Below are positions 8,921 through 17,909 of a stretch of 64,000 nt of DNA, in pieces. Origin of the DNA: Chlamydiota bacterium (GTDB lineage: Bacteria > Chlamydiota > Chlamydiia > Chlamydiales > SM23-39); the NCBI GenBank assembly GCA_031423235.1, contig JANPFC010000054.1, positions 13,691-77,690 of the forward strand, in the 5' to 3' direction. The notes below the pieces were generated by a model that saw only the letters and a program-made list of their open reading frames with translations, made no database searches and had not been told where the DNA came from. The stretch's first letter is position 1; every line of letters starts with the position of its first letter. The position numbers and the translations under genes are program-made.

Positions 8921-10216
8921 TTAACAGTCTGGCAGTGCCATGAGGCGGACGCCTTTGGTAATTGTCTTAAACCTCTCGGATGCATGCTTTTGCCTAGCTT
9001 CTTCCAATACATTATTTAAGGGGGGCGCGGCAGGGTCGTCCAATATAGCTTGAACAGCTCTTTTATTTTCATTCCGGCCAGTATGACCTAAAACGCTCAA
9101 GCCTAATTCTAGAGGAGTATATCCAAAAGAATCAACAATCGTAAGATCTCCCTTTTGCAATAAAAGCTCTCGAACAGCATCAGAATTGCCCATTGCTGCT
9201 CCTAAATGAAGAGGAGTTAAACCCTCATTATCCCTTGCATGCAGATCAGCTTTTGCCTGAATTAGAACTCTCACCGAAGACGGCCCGCCCGCAAAATGAA
9301 GTAGTGCTCGCCCGTTCCGTTTGGCATCAATATCTGCCCGCGCTTCCAAAAGCCTCGATACTCCTTCTGCATTGTCTTTTTCTGCTGCGGTCATAAGGGG
9401 CGTAAATCCATGAATATCTCTCTCATCAGGATCAAGGCCGTCTCTGAGTCCCAACTCAACTTCATGAATATTGTCCGAGTGGAGCAGCCGATATAGCATT
9501 GGAATCGCCTCTCGTATGGTCGGGCTGTGGGAAAACATCCTCTGTTCGGTGTCCTTATCATCTTTACTTCTTATGGATGCATCAATGATATTTACCTGCG
9601 GAGGAATTTGCGCAATAGTTTCATGGTAAGGATGAAACTGGTTCTTGTCGATGCAGCAGTTGATGTTTGAGAGGTAGATCGTATCTAGCTGCAAACCTTG
9701 CTCTCCCAAATTTCTCAAATATGCCCCGAAAGCCCGCGGGTCTGTGACATCTAGACGAGTGAATGAAACTTGATTGTTGTTGAATATCTGTTGAATTTTG
9801 TTAAACCGGGCCGGATCGCTGAGCCAACTAACCCCATGTTTTATCTCAAGGTTAAGATATTTTATGTATCGGGAAGCCATTTCTGGCGCCAAAAAATACT
9901 CTTGCCAACACTCTTGCAAATGTTTACCCAATCTTTCTTGAAATACTTGCGCGTCCGGAGAGCTTTGGATCATCGGAACGACTTGCTGCCAGAATGCTTC
10001 CACTCTGTCAGACAAATCAAATAATGCAATATGCGTAATAGGCACTCCGCCCCGCTCAAGAGAGGCCATGTTGAGGACGAAAAATCCCGATACGCCCGAG
10101 ATCGTATTCCCTTGAGAGTCTCTTCTCTTCAAAGCGCCTAAGGTGGACTGCTGCCCTAATTCATTCGTAGTTAGATACACTTTATTAGATAAATTCGCCA
10201 CCGAAGAAGCTGTCAT
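8921..10216 (-). CDS. Ankyrin-repeat protein with unassigned N-terminal domain
   Basis: At least 4 ANK repeats in the C-terminal half (GFTPLMTAAEKDNAEGVSRLLEARADIDA, GRALLHFA, GLTPLHLGAAMGNSDAVRELLLQKGD, GYTPLELG). Confidence 0.8.
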   Translation of the reverse strand: MTASSVANLSNKVYLTTNELGQQSTLGALKRRDSQGNTISGVSGFFVLNMASLERGGVPITHIALFDLSDRVEAFWQQVVPMIQSSPDAQVFQERLGKHLQECWQEYFLAPEMASRYIKYLNLEIKHGVSWLSDPARFNKIQQIFNNNQVSFTRLDVTDPRAFGAYLRNLGEQGLQLDTIYLSNINCCIDKNQFHPYHETIAQIPPQVNIIDASIRSKDDKDTEQRMFSHSPTIREAIPMLYRLLHSDNIHEVELGLRDGLDPDERDIHGFTPLMTAAEKDNAEGVSRLLEARADIDAKRNGRALLHFAGGPSSVRVLIQAKADLHARDNEGLTPLHLGAAMGNSDAVRELLLQKGDLTIVDSFGYTPLELGLSVLGHTGRNENKRAVQAILDDPAAPPLNNVLEEARQKHASERFKTITKGVRLMALPDC

Positions 10217-10220
10217 AAGA

Positions 10221-10245
10221 ACCTGTAAACCATTAATTTACAGGT
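10221..10245 (-). terminator. Hairpin downstream of the 731-aa gene (ACCTGTAAA-7 nt-TTTACAGGT)
   Basis: Perfect 9-bp stem, 26 nt beyond the stop at 10271. Only a weak U-tract on the minus strand. Confidence 0.35.
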
Positions 10246-10270
10246 ATTATACCACACTGAAATGATAATT

Positions 10271-12466
10271 TTAAAGGTGTTTTACACCGAGAGTTTTGAA
10301 GGTCTGAGGATGGAAGAACTCGCTAAACGTCTTAATGATCTGTTTACCGTGTTCTGCCATCTCGCCGTCGATCCGTTCGAGAGCCGAAATGGTCCGGTTG
10401 AACCTTTCTGGATCGATCGCCCGTTCGCGGATAAAGAGTGCTGGCGTATAGAGGAGCCAGCGGAGAAAGTCTAACTCTTCTTTGGCTGAAAAATCGCCGC
10501 TGAGGAGCTTGATAAAACCATAAAAGGCCCCATTGCTCGCTGCACCTGTATCGATCGCATCTTTACACGTAAAGCTGATCGAATTAGGTTCTACCATATC
10601 GATGCACTTGAGAATGAGGAATTGGTAGAATATCTCAATGAAATCTTCCCGATTGCGGCGCGTGAGGGTGTTCTTATTGTTAAAGAACAGCTCATGAATA
10701 GCAGGCAGCGCCATCTCTGTAAAGCGGGTCAAATCAGGCTTCTTCACTTGCGCTGGGAGGAAATAGCCGCACTCTTCAGGAGCCGCTAGCTGCTCAGCAA
10801 ATGCTTTAAGAAAATCATCAGCCTTATTGAGATTGAGGTACTCATTATTTTGATGATAGAAATCAGTATCTTTAGGAAGCGTGATCACAACCAATTGGTT
10901 GTTGAATTCGGCGTTCAGCTGGAGCGTTTCAAGAGCCCGGCTTCGAGCGTATTCTTTCCAAGAGGTCCGATCTTGCAAGTTGATGATCATGTGCTTTCTA
11001 ACAGGCGTTTCTTGCGCTAATGAGCGTAGAAATCCGCGGAATTCATCGACCACTTCCACTTTGTGGATGAGCGACTGGCGTGTAGGCGATGGGATCCTTA
11101 GAACATCGATCTTTTTCCCTTTTCTCTGCACTTCATAGATGCGGGAGGGGAGATTTTCCTGGCCGATTGGGTCGAATGGGATGATCGCATCCTCTTCCTG
11201 CTCTTCGCGGATCAGGTCTAAGATTTTAAATAGAGGCCCGTTCGGGAATTTAGCAAGGAGCGTACGGTACTTTTCGTCATCGAGAAGGAACTGATTCCAG
11301 ACCGTTTCGCCTTTGAGAAGATGCTGCTTTTCTTTTTGTTTGATTTCCTCTCCACGGCGCATAGAGCGGTGAATGAGGCCGATCGATTCGAGCTTCACTC
11401 CGCCGACCCTGTCAAAAAGACTGCGCGATAGGGAGTGGACGAGATAGAGAAGGAGATGGGAAATCCTGTCGGTATTATCAGGAGGATAGGCGATCAGTTT
11501 TTGGTACTCAGATGTCTTCATCGATCTGCGTAAAAATCTTTGGAAGTCGTCAAAATATTGGAGGCAGCTTTTGCCTGTCGTATTTTGAACCAGGTAGCGC
11601 GGATTCGCTGCTAAAAAGAGGGCGATGATCGCCATGCCGACAGACTTGCCAAACTCATTTTCTTCCAATTTGCGGGCAATTTTATAGTAGTCGGCGATCG
11701 CAAGGTGGCACTCGCCTAAAATCTGGGCTGCCGAGGCATGGAGATCCCGATCTTGCATTGTGCGGACTTTCAAAAGAGGATCTTCTTCAAATGACTCCCC
11801 TTCCAAGTCAAAATCACAGCTCAACTTGATGTTTCGTAAAAGCTCGTTATTAAAGTAGGGCTTCCCATCTTCGTTGCGAATGTAGAATAGTTCATACTCA
11901 AAATCTCTTCGGACCGTTTCGAAATCTTTCAGTCCAGCCTTGGTCAGGTCGAGCAGTTCCGATTCTTTATTATGGCTCCACTCCTGTTCCCACGCCTCAT
12001 CTCCCTCGATTCCACCAGAAAATTTCGTTACAAATTGGCGGGAATAGAACTTTTGCAGCGCCTTGAATTCTTCCAATTCAGCAATGGATCCAGCTGGCGC
12101 CTTGCCTAGTCTAAGCTTTAGAAACGCGTCCATTTTCTCTGCCGACTCGCCGACGAGAGTCATCATAGCAGCGATTCCTTTGCGGCTCTTCTCATTATCC
12201 CAATTCATCTCAGGATTTTCATAGAGCTTCAAGAGGTGCTGGTGAATGGCACGGTAAGTGAGATCGAGAATATCTATGATGGACTGGCTCCCCTCGCCGC
12301 TCAGCCATTCGATAGTTTCAGGGCCGAACTCTTCCTCTGAAGTAACAATCTTGTGCTTCTTTACGATACCCAGAGGAGGCGGGTTGGCAATATCGATACT
12401 TACGATGGCAGCAAGATTATCCATCGCTTCTTGAACATCTATAGTTTCTTTTGTTTGACGTTTCAT
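10271..12466 (-). CDS. Large conserved-looking hypothetical protein (731 aa, soluble, no motif recognised)
   Basis: Long uninterrupted ORF with normal composition. The overlapping ORFs are short shadow frames. Confidence 0.7.
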   Translation of the reverse strand: MKRQTKETIDVQEAMDNLAAIVSIDIANPPPLGIVKKHKIVTSEEEFGPETIEWLSGEGSQSIIDILDLTYRAIHQHLLKLYENPEMNWDNEKSRKGIAAMMTLVGESAEKMDAFLKLRLGKAPAGSIAELEEFKALQKFYSRQFVTKFSGGIEGDEAWEQEWSHNKESELLDLTKAGLKDFETVRRDFEYELFYIRNEDGKPYFNNELLRNIKLSCDFDLEGESFEEDPLLKVRTMQDRDLHASAAQILGECHLAIADYYKIARKLEENEFGKSVGMAIIALFLAANPRYLVQNTTGKSCLQYFDDFQRFLRRSMKTSEYQKLIAYPPDNTDRISHLLLYLVHSLSRSLFDRVGGVKLESIGLIHRSMRRGEEIKQKEKQHLLKGETVWNQFLLDDEKYRTLLAKFPNGPLFKILDLIREEQEEDAIIPFDPIGQENLPSRIYEVQRKGKKIDVLRIPSPTRQSLIHKVEVVDEFRGFLRSLAQETPVRKHMIINLQDRTSWKEYARSRALETLQLNAEFNNQLVVITLPKDTDFYHQNNEYLNLNKADDFLKAFAEQLAAPEECGYFLPAQVKKPDLTRFTEMALPAIHELFFNNKNTLTRRNREDFIEIFYQFLILKCIDMVEPNSISFTCKDAIDTGAASNGAFYGFIKLLSGDFSAKEELDFLRWLLYTPALFIRERAIDPERFNRTISALERIDGEMAEHGKQIIKTFSEFFHPQTFKTLGVKHL

Positions 12467-12581
12467 AATTTAATTATGATATATAACATGATTTTAATTC
12501 AATTAAATCATAACATACTAAATAGCAACTTATTACACCTGTTACTTCCTCTAAATAGGAGGTTTAAGTGAAAATGAGGCT

Positions 12582-13724
12582 ATGCTGCCGCTAATACGCT
12601 CCGTATCCGCCCCTCTCCTAAGCCTTCTCTTCCTCATGATGGGGAGCGGCCTTTTCAACACCTTTATCTCCATCCGCCTTGAAATGGAGGGGTACGGGCC
12701 TGAGATGGTCGGCCTAGTGACCTCGGCCCTCTATCTTGGGATCCTCCTTGGATCGCTAAGAATGGATCGATGGGTATCTGCAGTGGGGCATATCCGGGCC
12801 TTTGTTGTGCTAGCAACGGTTTTGACCCTTTTAGTTCTTCTACAAAGTTTATGGATGAACCCTTGGTACTGGGCTTGCCTTAGGATTTTCGGCGGCGTAT
12901 GCACGGCTGGGGTTTTTATTGTGATTGAGAGCTGGCTCTTGATGCAAGCAGCTCCGAATATGCGGGGAGGAGTCCTTTCCATCTACTTGGCCGTTCTCTA
13001 TGGAGCCCTTTCATCGGGCCAGCTCTTCATCAATGCGTCCGATCCTCACGGAGTCTACCCGTTCTGTATCACAGCCTTCTTCGTGGCGATATCTATTCTG
13101 CCCGTCTGTGTCAGGACAACCGTCGAGCCAAAAATCGAACAATCGGCCCGTTTGACCTTAAGAGAGATGTATCGGATTTCGCCGCTAGGGTTTATCGGCG
13201 GGATTATTTCGGGCATGGTCCTTGCAGTGATTTACGGCCTTTTGCCTGTATATGCAAATGAGATTGGGATGACCGTTTCAGAAATCGGAGCCTTTATGGC
13301 CGTCCTGATTTTTGGGGGGTTTAGTCTTCAATGGCCAGTGGGCCGTTGGGCGGATAAGGGAGATCGGAGACGAGTGATCAAGACGATTAGCTTTATTACG
13401 GCCGTTCTCGCTCTTAGCATCGCTTTCACTGAGCAAAGATGGCTCCTTTTCATCCTCGCGTTTATTTTTGGAGGATTTTCATTCACCCTGTACCCTGTTG
13501 CGATGGCGCATGCATGTGAGCGGGTCAAAGAGAATGAGATCGTGGCAGCGACTGGCGGGTTTGTCTTATCGTATGGGATAGGCGCTGTGGCGGGGCCGCT
13601 CTTAGCGCCAATAGCGATGGATCTTTTTGGAGCGTCTGGGGTCTTCTACTTTATAGCGGCGATTTCATTGACTCTAGGGCTGATTGGGCTGAGGCGTCCA
13701 GCTCCCGCCGCCATCGACGAATAA
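12582..13724 (+). CDS. MFS transporter
   Basis: 380 aa, about 12 TM helices, with an MFS-like loop motif (SLRMDRW, WPVGRWADKGDRRR). Confidence 0.85.
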   Translation: MLPLIRSVSAPLLSLLFLMMGSGLFNTFISIRLEMEGYGPEMVGLVTSALYLGILLGSLRMDRWVSAVGHIRAFVVLATVLTLLVLLQSLWMNPWYWACLRIFGGVCTAGVFIVIESWLLMQAAPNMRGGVLSIYLAVLYGALSSGQLFINASDPHGVYPFCITAFFVAISILPVCVRTTVEPKIEQSARLTLREMYRISPLGFIGGIISGMVLAVIYGLLPVYANEIGMTVSEIGAFMAVLIFGGFSLQWPVGRWADKGDRRRVIKTISFITAVLALSIAFTEQRWLLFILAFIFGGFSFTLYPVAMAHACERVKENEIVAATGGFVLSYGIGAVAGPLLAPIAMDLFGASGVFYFIAAISLTLGLIGLRRPAPAAIDE

Positions 13725-13731
13725 ATTCAGT

Positions 13732-13978
13732 CGGGGGAAGCCCCCATAGGCCTCAACCTAACTTCTCGCAAATTGCTGAAGATTAATAAACTATATCAGC
13801 AAAATAAGGTGGCAATTAAGCTGTTATAGAAAAGAGAAAACAATTCACAGAGTTACACAGAGAAGAAAGGGAGCTACACAGAGGAAAATAATATATTTTT
13901 CTCTGTGTAGCTCCCTTTCTTCTCTGTGTAACTCTGTGATTTTCCTTTCTTAGGTTGAGGCCTATGGGGAAGCCCCCG
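13732..13978. repeat. Nested palindromic element A: ~30-bp outer inverted repeats enclosing a perfect 39-bp-stem hairpin
   Basis: Outer arms are 13732-13761 and 13950-13978 and share ataggcctcaacctaa. Inner arms 13845-13883 and 13901-13939 are perfect reverse complements, extendable to about 46 bp around a 3-nt loop. Confidence 0.9.
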
Positions 13979-13983
13979 CTGCT

Positions 13984-14361
13984 TTACTTTTCTTGGGATG
14001 CGTAGTGCTTCCACTCAAGATGGTTCGTCAGAACAGCCATTGCCCATACAACCCCGCCGCCTATGATGACTCCCCAAGGATTCACCACTCTCACCCCAAA
14101 AGGGACGATCGCAATCACTAGAAAGGCACCAAAACTGACAATGAAGCTCATGATAGCCATCTTCAGATTCGTAATAGAGAGCTCCAAGAGAGCTAAAAAG
14201 AAGAAAATCGATGAGTTGAGGAACCCAATGATCAGAGAAAATAAGATATCGGCCCCAATATTCGGCACATTTTCAAAATTCGCAATTTCCACTCCTGGGG
14301 CCACCCGATCGATAAAAAAGACGATCAGAAAATTGAGAAAAAAACTGCGGGCATAATTCAT
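13984..14361 (-). CDS. Small 4-TM membrane protein, YvlD/phage-holin-4-like family
   Basis: 125 aa. N-terminus MNYARSFFLNFLIVFFIDRVAPGVEI matches the family pattern (L.N...L.....LPGI.V). Start overlaps the upstream stop (TAATG). Confidence 0.65.
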   Translation of the reverse strand: MNYARSFFLNFLIVFFIDRVAPGVEIANFENVPNIGADILFSLIIGFLNSSIFFFLALLELSITNLKMAIMSFIVSFGAFLVIAIVPFGVRVVNPWGVIIGGGVVWAMAVLTNHLEWKHYASQEK

Positions 14362-14747
14362 TAAAGTGGGTCCGATTTGTGAGATCTATGATGTTTCAAT
14401 TCAAAATAGTTAGTCAAAAAACTTCCCACAGTCACTACCGCGGAAGCTAGAATGTACCCCTCTACGGTAAGAACACTCACCCCGATTGGAAGAAGCTTGA
14501 CCAATCCATATGCTGCAAAATTCAAGATCAAGGCAACTAAAGCGATCTTCAACGCCGATGGATCGGCATGGACCATCTTGAGAACCGGGTAAATCAAGGA
14601 ATTCAAGAGACCTAAGGCAACCGCCAAGATCAAATCGCCGCCAATATGGGGAAGTTTAGTATGATTCGTTACTTGAATGCCAGGCAAAACATGGTCGGAA
14701 AAGAATACGACTAAGAAGTTTATGACTAAGCTCTTGAGGTAATTCAT
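14361..14747 (-). CDS. Small 4-TM membrane protein, YvlD/phage-holin-4-like family (tandem paralogue)
   Basis: 128 aa. MNYLKSLVINFLVVFFSDHVLPGIQV..., paralogous to the downstream gene. Confidence 0.65.
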   Translation of the reverse strand: MNYLKSLVINFLVVFFSDHVLPGIQVTNHTKLPHIGGDLILAVALGLLNSLIYPVLKMVHADPSALKIALVALILNFAAYGLVKLLPIGVSVLTVEGYILASAVVTVGSFLTNYFELKHHRSHKSDPL

Positions 14748-14804
14748 TGGAAACCTGCTATACTATTCCCCTACGTTACAAAAAAATTCTTAATGTGACA
14801 AGAG

Positions 14805-16316
14805 ATGAAGTGGTTTTTAATAGGTATATTGGTTCTCGGTGGGTGCACAAAAGAGGCGCCTCCAGCCAGCCGCCTTAAAATTTCGTTTAATACGCAGCCG
14901 GCCACTCTCGATCCCAGAAAAGCGGGCGATTTTGTCTCATCAACTCTTGTCTGCATGATTTACGAGGGGCTCACCCGGTGTCTTCCTGGGGATGCGGTAG
15001 AGCTAGCGCTTGCCGACCGCGTGGATATATCTAGAGACAAAAAAATCTATACCTTCCACCTTCGAGAGGCCCATTGGACAGACGGCGCCCCAATCACAGC
15101 CTTCGATTTTGAAAAATCTTGGAAGGAGATCATCTACCCAGCCTCGAGCTGCGCTTTTCTTTTTTTCCCGATCAAAAATGCCGAACGGTGCGCAAAGGGG
15201 GAAATTTCCATAGACGAGGTAGGCATCAAAGCCATCGATGATCGAACTCTCCGCGTTGAGCTGGAGCAGCCTACCCCCTACTTTTACTCTCTCACAGCTT
15301 TCCCGAGCTTCCTACCGACCGCCTCCCACGCTCCTGATGACCCCGCAGTATGCTCCGGCCCCTTTTGGATCGAAAAAATGGTCCATAGCAGCGAAATCGT
15401 CTTGAAGAAAAACTACTGTTACTGGAATGCGGGGGAGATTTCTCTCGATGAGGTACACATCAGCATTGTTCCGGATGAGATGACCGCTTTGCAGATGTTT
15501 GAGCGGGGCGATCTCGACTGGCTGGGAGGCTCCCTCTCTCCCCTCCCTCCTGATGCGATGGGCAAACTGGAAAACCAGATCCATTTCATCCCCTGCGCTG
15601 CCACAACGATCTGCACCTTCAATACGAAAGTCTTCCCTTTCAATAACGTCAACTTGCGCAAAGCTTTTTCCTACGCCATCGATCGAGAAGAGATCGTCGG
15701 CAGGGTCACTCAGGGAGGCCAAACCCCCGCCTCTTCAATACTCCCCCCTGTTTTTTCCGAGCAGTCCTTCTTCCTCTCGGATCCAATAGGAGCCCGCCTC
15801 TATTTTGAAATGGCGCTTGATGAATTGCAGATCGCTCCAGAAGAGCTCGAATCGCTCACCCTCTATTTCCGGCCAAGCCAAGTTGAGAAACGGTTAGCCC
15901 AAACACTCCAAAGGCAGTGGAAAGATGTATTCGGGATCACCATCAATCTCGTTCAGCTCGACTTCAAAAGCCATGCCCAAAGGCTCCAATCCCGAGACTA
16001 TCAAATCTCGCTTGCAGCCTGGATTGCCCAGTTCAACGATCCGATCAGTATTTTGGAGAGATTCAAAGATGAGGCGAACTTAAAAAACTACTCAGGCTGG
16101 CAAGACCCAAGATACATCAGCCTGCTTAATGAGGCGGGCGGCTCAGCCAAAAGAAAAGAGCTCCTTGAAGAAGCTGAAGCCCTTTTTGCAGACCAGATGC
16201 CCATTACCCCCATTTACCACTGGAGCTCGCCCGCCATCTCAAATCCAACCATCGAAGAGATCGCAACGACTCCTTGCGGCGGAATCCTATTTGAAAGATT
16301 TAAAGTGGCAAAATAG
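14805..16316 (+). CDS. oppA: ABC transporter substrate-binding lipoprotein, peptide/nickel (OppA/DppA, family 5) type
   Basis: 503 aa with lipobox LVLGGC. Family-5 SBP-like blocks (LDPRKAGD, YEGLTR, WTDGAPITAFDF). No oppBCDF genes adjacent. Confidence 0.8.
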   Translation: MKWFLIGILVLGGCTKEAPPASRLKISFNTQPATLDPRKAGDFVSSTLVCMIYEGLTRCLPGDAVELALADRVDISRDKKIYTFHLREAHWTDGAPITAFDFEKSWKEIIYPASSCAFLFFPIKNAERCAKGEISIDEVGIKAIDDRTLRVELEQPTPYFYSLTAFPSFLPTASHAPDDPAVCSGPFWIEKMVHSSEIVLKKNYCYWNAGEISLDEVHISIVPDEMTALQMFERGDLDWLGGSLSPLPPDAMGKLENQIHFIPCAATTICTFNTKVFPFNNVNLRKAFSYAIDREEIVGRVTQGGQTPASSILPPVFSEQSFFLSDPIGARLYFEMALDELQIAPEELESLTLYFRPSQVEKRLAQTLQRQWKDVFGITINLVQLDFKSHAQRLQSRDYQISLAAWIAQFNDPISILERFKDEANLKNYSGWQDPRYISLLNEAGGSAKRKELLEEAEALFADQMPITPIYHWSSPAISNPTIEEIATTPCGGILFERFKVAK

Positions 16317-16322
16317 AGACCG

Positions 16323-17849
16323 TTATTCTGTCTCCATTTTGACTTCAAAAGCTTTAGTTGGAACCCTAAGCACTGCCAAGAGATCCGCTTCCGATTGGAC
16401 GCGGCGCGGTCCACCCCGTAATTCTTCGATTCCGCTGCTCACTGGAGAATCATGAGGCGGATCGCTAAATAAGTTACGAACAGAGCTGCCGCTGGTTGAT
16501 CGGGCAACTGAAGGAGGAGAACCTCTAAGAATACCATCTCTTTCGTCTTCACTCAGTCGAGCTCCAGTGACAGCAGGCGAGAAACGGCCAATTACATCGA
16601 ACGGTTCCGCAGACACCCTAGAATTGGATCTAATCAGGGCTGCCAAATGGGCTCCATACATCTGATCGGCATTGGTGATCAAATCCCTCGAAGTCGGGCA
16701 CATCTCCATTTTAACGCAAAGATCGATAAATTTTTTCAAGCTTGTTACCCGATCATCCAAAGCCAACAATTGTTCTTTCAGTACAAGGCGATCCGTTTTG
16801 GAAATGTCTACTCTTGGATGATCCTCCATGATCTGCTTTTCTTGAACCGCTTGGACAACAAAGCCTCCATGATCTATTCCGACATCCTTGCCCTTGTGTT
16901 CCTTGGGAGGGCGGACGTCCTCTTTAAATGCCATGAGGCTCTCAGATGGTACATCTGCATACTCCACTTTTTCCTTCTGCAGATCTGCAAGCAGTTCAAA
17001 AACGGAAGCATCGATCGCATTAATCGACGTTGACAGCTCTTTGAGCTTTTCGGGTGAAATAGCTACTCTTGCCAGCGGATCGCGCAAAAAGGGTAAATGG
17101 GTAGCAGCAACCACTTTATTCGGACTTTGGCCAGGACCTGGAAGGAGCCGTAAAGGCATGATATCTTCAACGTCGACAAACTGACTCCCAAACATTCCAT
17201 CGAGCTTCCCATCTCTCAATCCCAAAAGAAACGCGAGAAAGGTCATGCTGCCAATATCATCAGCCGTGATTTTTTCATCGGACGAAACAAAGGGCTCCAA
17301 AATACCAGTTAAAGTTAATGGTTCGTCTTTCGGTTCTTCCAGAGGCCTCTTGTAGATCTTCACGTTTCCATTCCAAAGCTCTTCGCTCATCTCATCTTTC
17401 GGAAGGCGGGGATTTGCAATCGTACAATAGACGCCTGGAACGACATGCCGCTCAAGTCCCATTTTGAGAGCCATTTTACGGGCCAGAGCTTCAGTAATCA
17501 TCCGCCTTGTTCCCACTTTAAAAACGGCAAATTTTTTCCCATCTGCAGACAAAAAGTAGACGCCTGAGTCGTCCTTCGATGGGGTGATCTTGACTCCATC
17601 ACTACACGCCATCTGCATCATCGGGATCAAACTTTCATGGGCACGCCTATCAGCTACACTGACGCCGAGCCTTCCGAGGAGAGGAATAGAAGATCCGGGA
17701 GAGGCGCTCTTCAAGGTCTGAGCTACTCTGGCCCATATGTCTCCGATTCGCTCTGGCGCAGATAATTTGCCTGGAATGCGATCGAGAGGTGCTTCTAAAA
17801 AATTTGGGTTCAAATATACAGAACATTTATTGACAACTGCAGAGGCCAT
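16323..17849 (-). CDS. Hypothetical protein with PI3/PI4-kinase-like (protein-kinase-like fold) central domain and Ser/Pro-rich C-terminus
   Basis: GVYFLSADGKKFAVFKVG resembles the nucleotide-binding strand and Lys block of PI3_PI4-kinase-family proteins. LLGLRDGKLDGMF and FVDVED sit where the catalytic and activation loops would be. Function is tentative. Confidence 0.5.
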   Translation of the reverse strand: MASAVVNKCSVYLNPNFLEAPLDRIPGKLSAPERIGDIWARVAQTLKSASPGSSIPLLGRLGVSVADRRAHESLIPMMQMACSDGVKITPSKDDSGVYFLSADGKKFAVFKVGTRRMITEALARKMALKMGLERHVVPGVYCTIANPRLPKDEMSEELWNGNVKIYKRPLEEPKDEPLTLTGILEPFVSSDEKITADDIGSMTFLAFLLGLRDGKLDGMFGSQFVDVEDIMPLRLLPGPGQSPNKVVAATHLPFLRDPLARVAISPEKLKELSTSINAIDASVFELLADLQKEKVEYADVPSESLMAFKEDVRPPKEHKGKDVGIDHGGFVVQAVQEKQIMEDHPRVDISKTDRLVLKEQLLALDDRVTSLKKFIDLCVKMEMCPTSRDLITNADQMYGAHLAALIRSNSRVSAEPFDVIGRFSPAVTGARLSEDERDGILRGSPPSVARSTSGSSVRNLFSDPPHDSPVSSGIEELRGGPRRVQSEADLLAVLRVPTKAFEVKMETE

Positions 17850-17909
17850 TTTAGTGATATCCTATCTTAAAATCTGGGATAGGATACCCTATTTTGGCTT
17901 AAAATGTGA

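Noticed and set aside
12467-12581. Promoter calls in the AT-rich divergent spacer between the 731-aa gene and the MFS gene, and in other AT-rich spacers
   Set aside because: Many -10-like hexamers occur by chance in such AT-rich sequence. Without knowing the sigma-factor consensus of this organism I could not single out a supportable -35/-10 pair.
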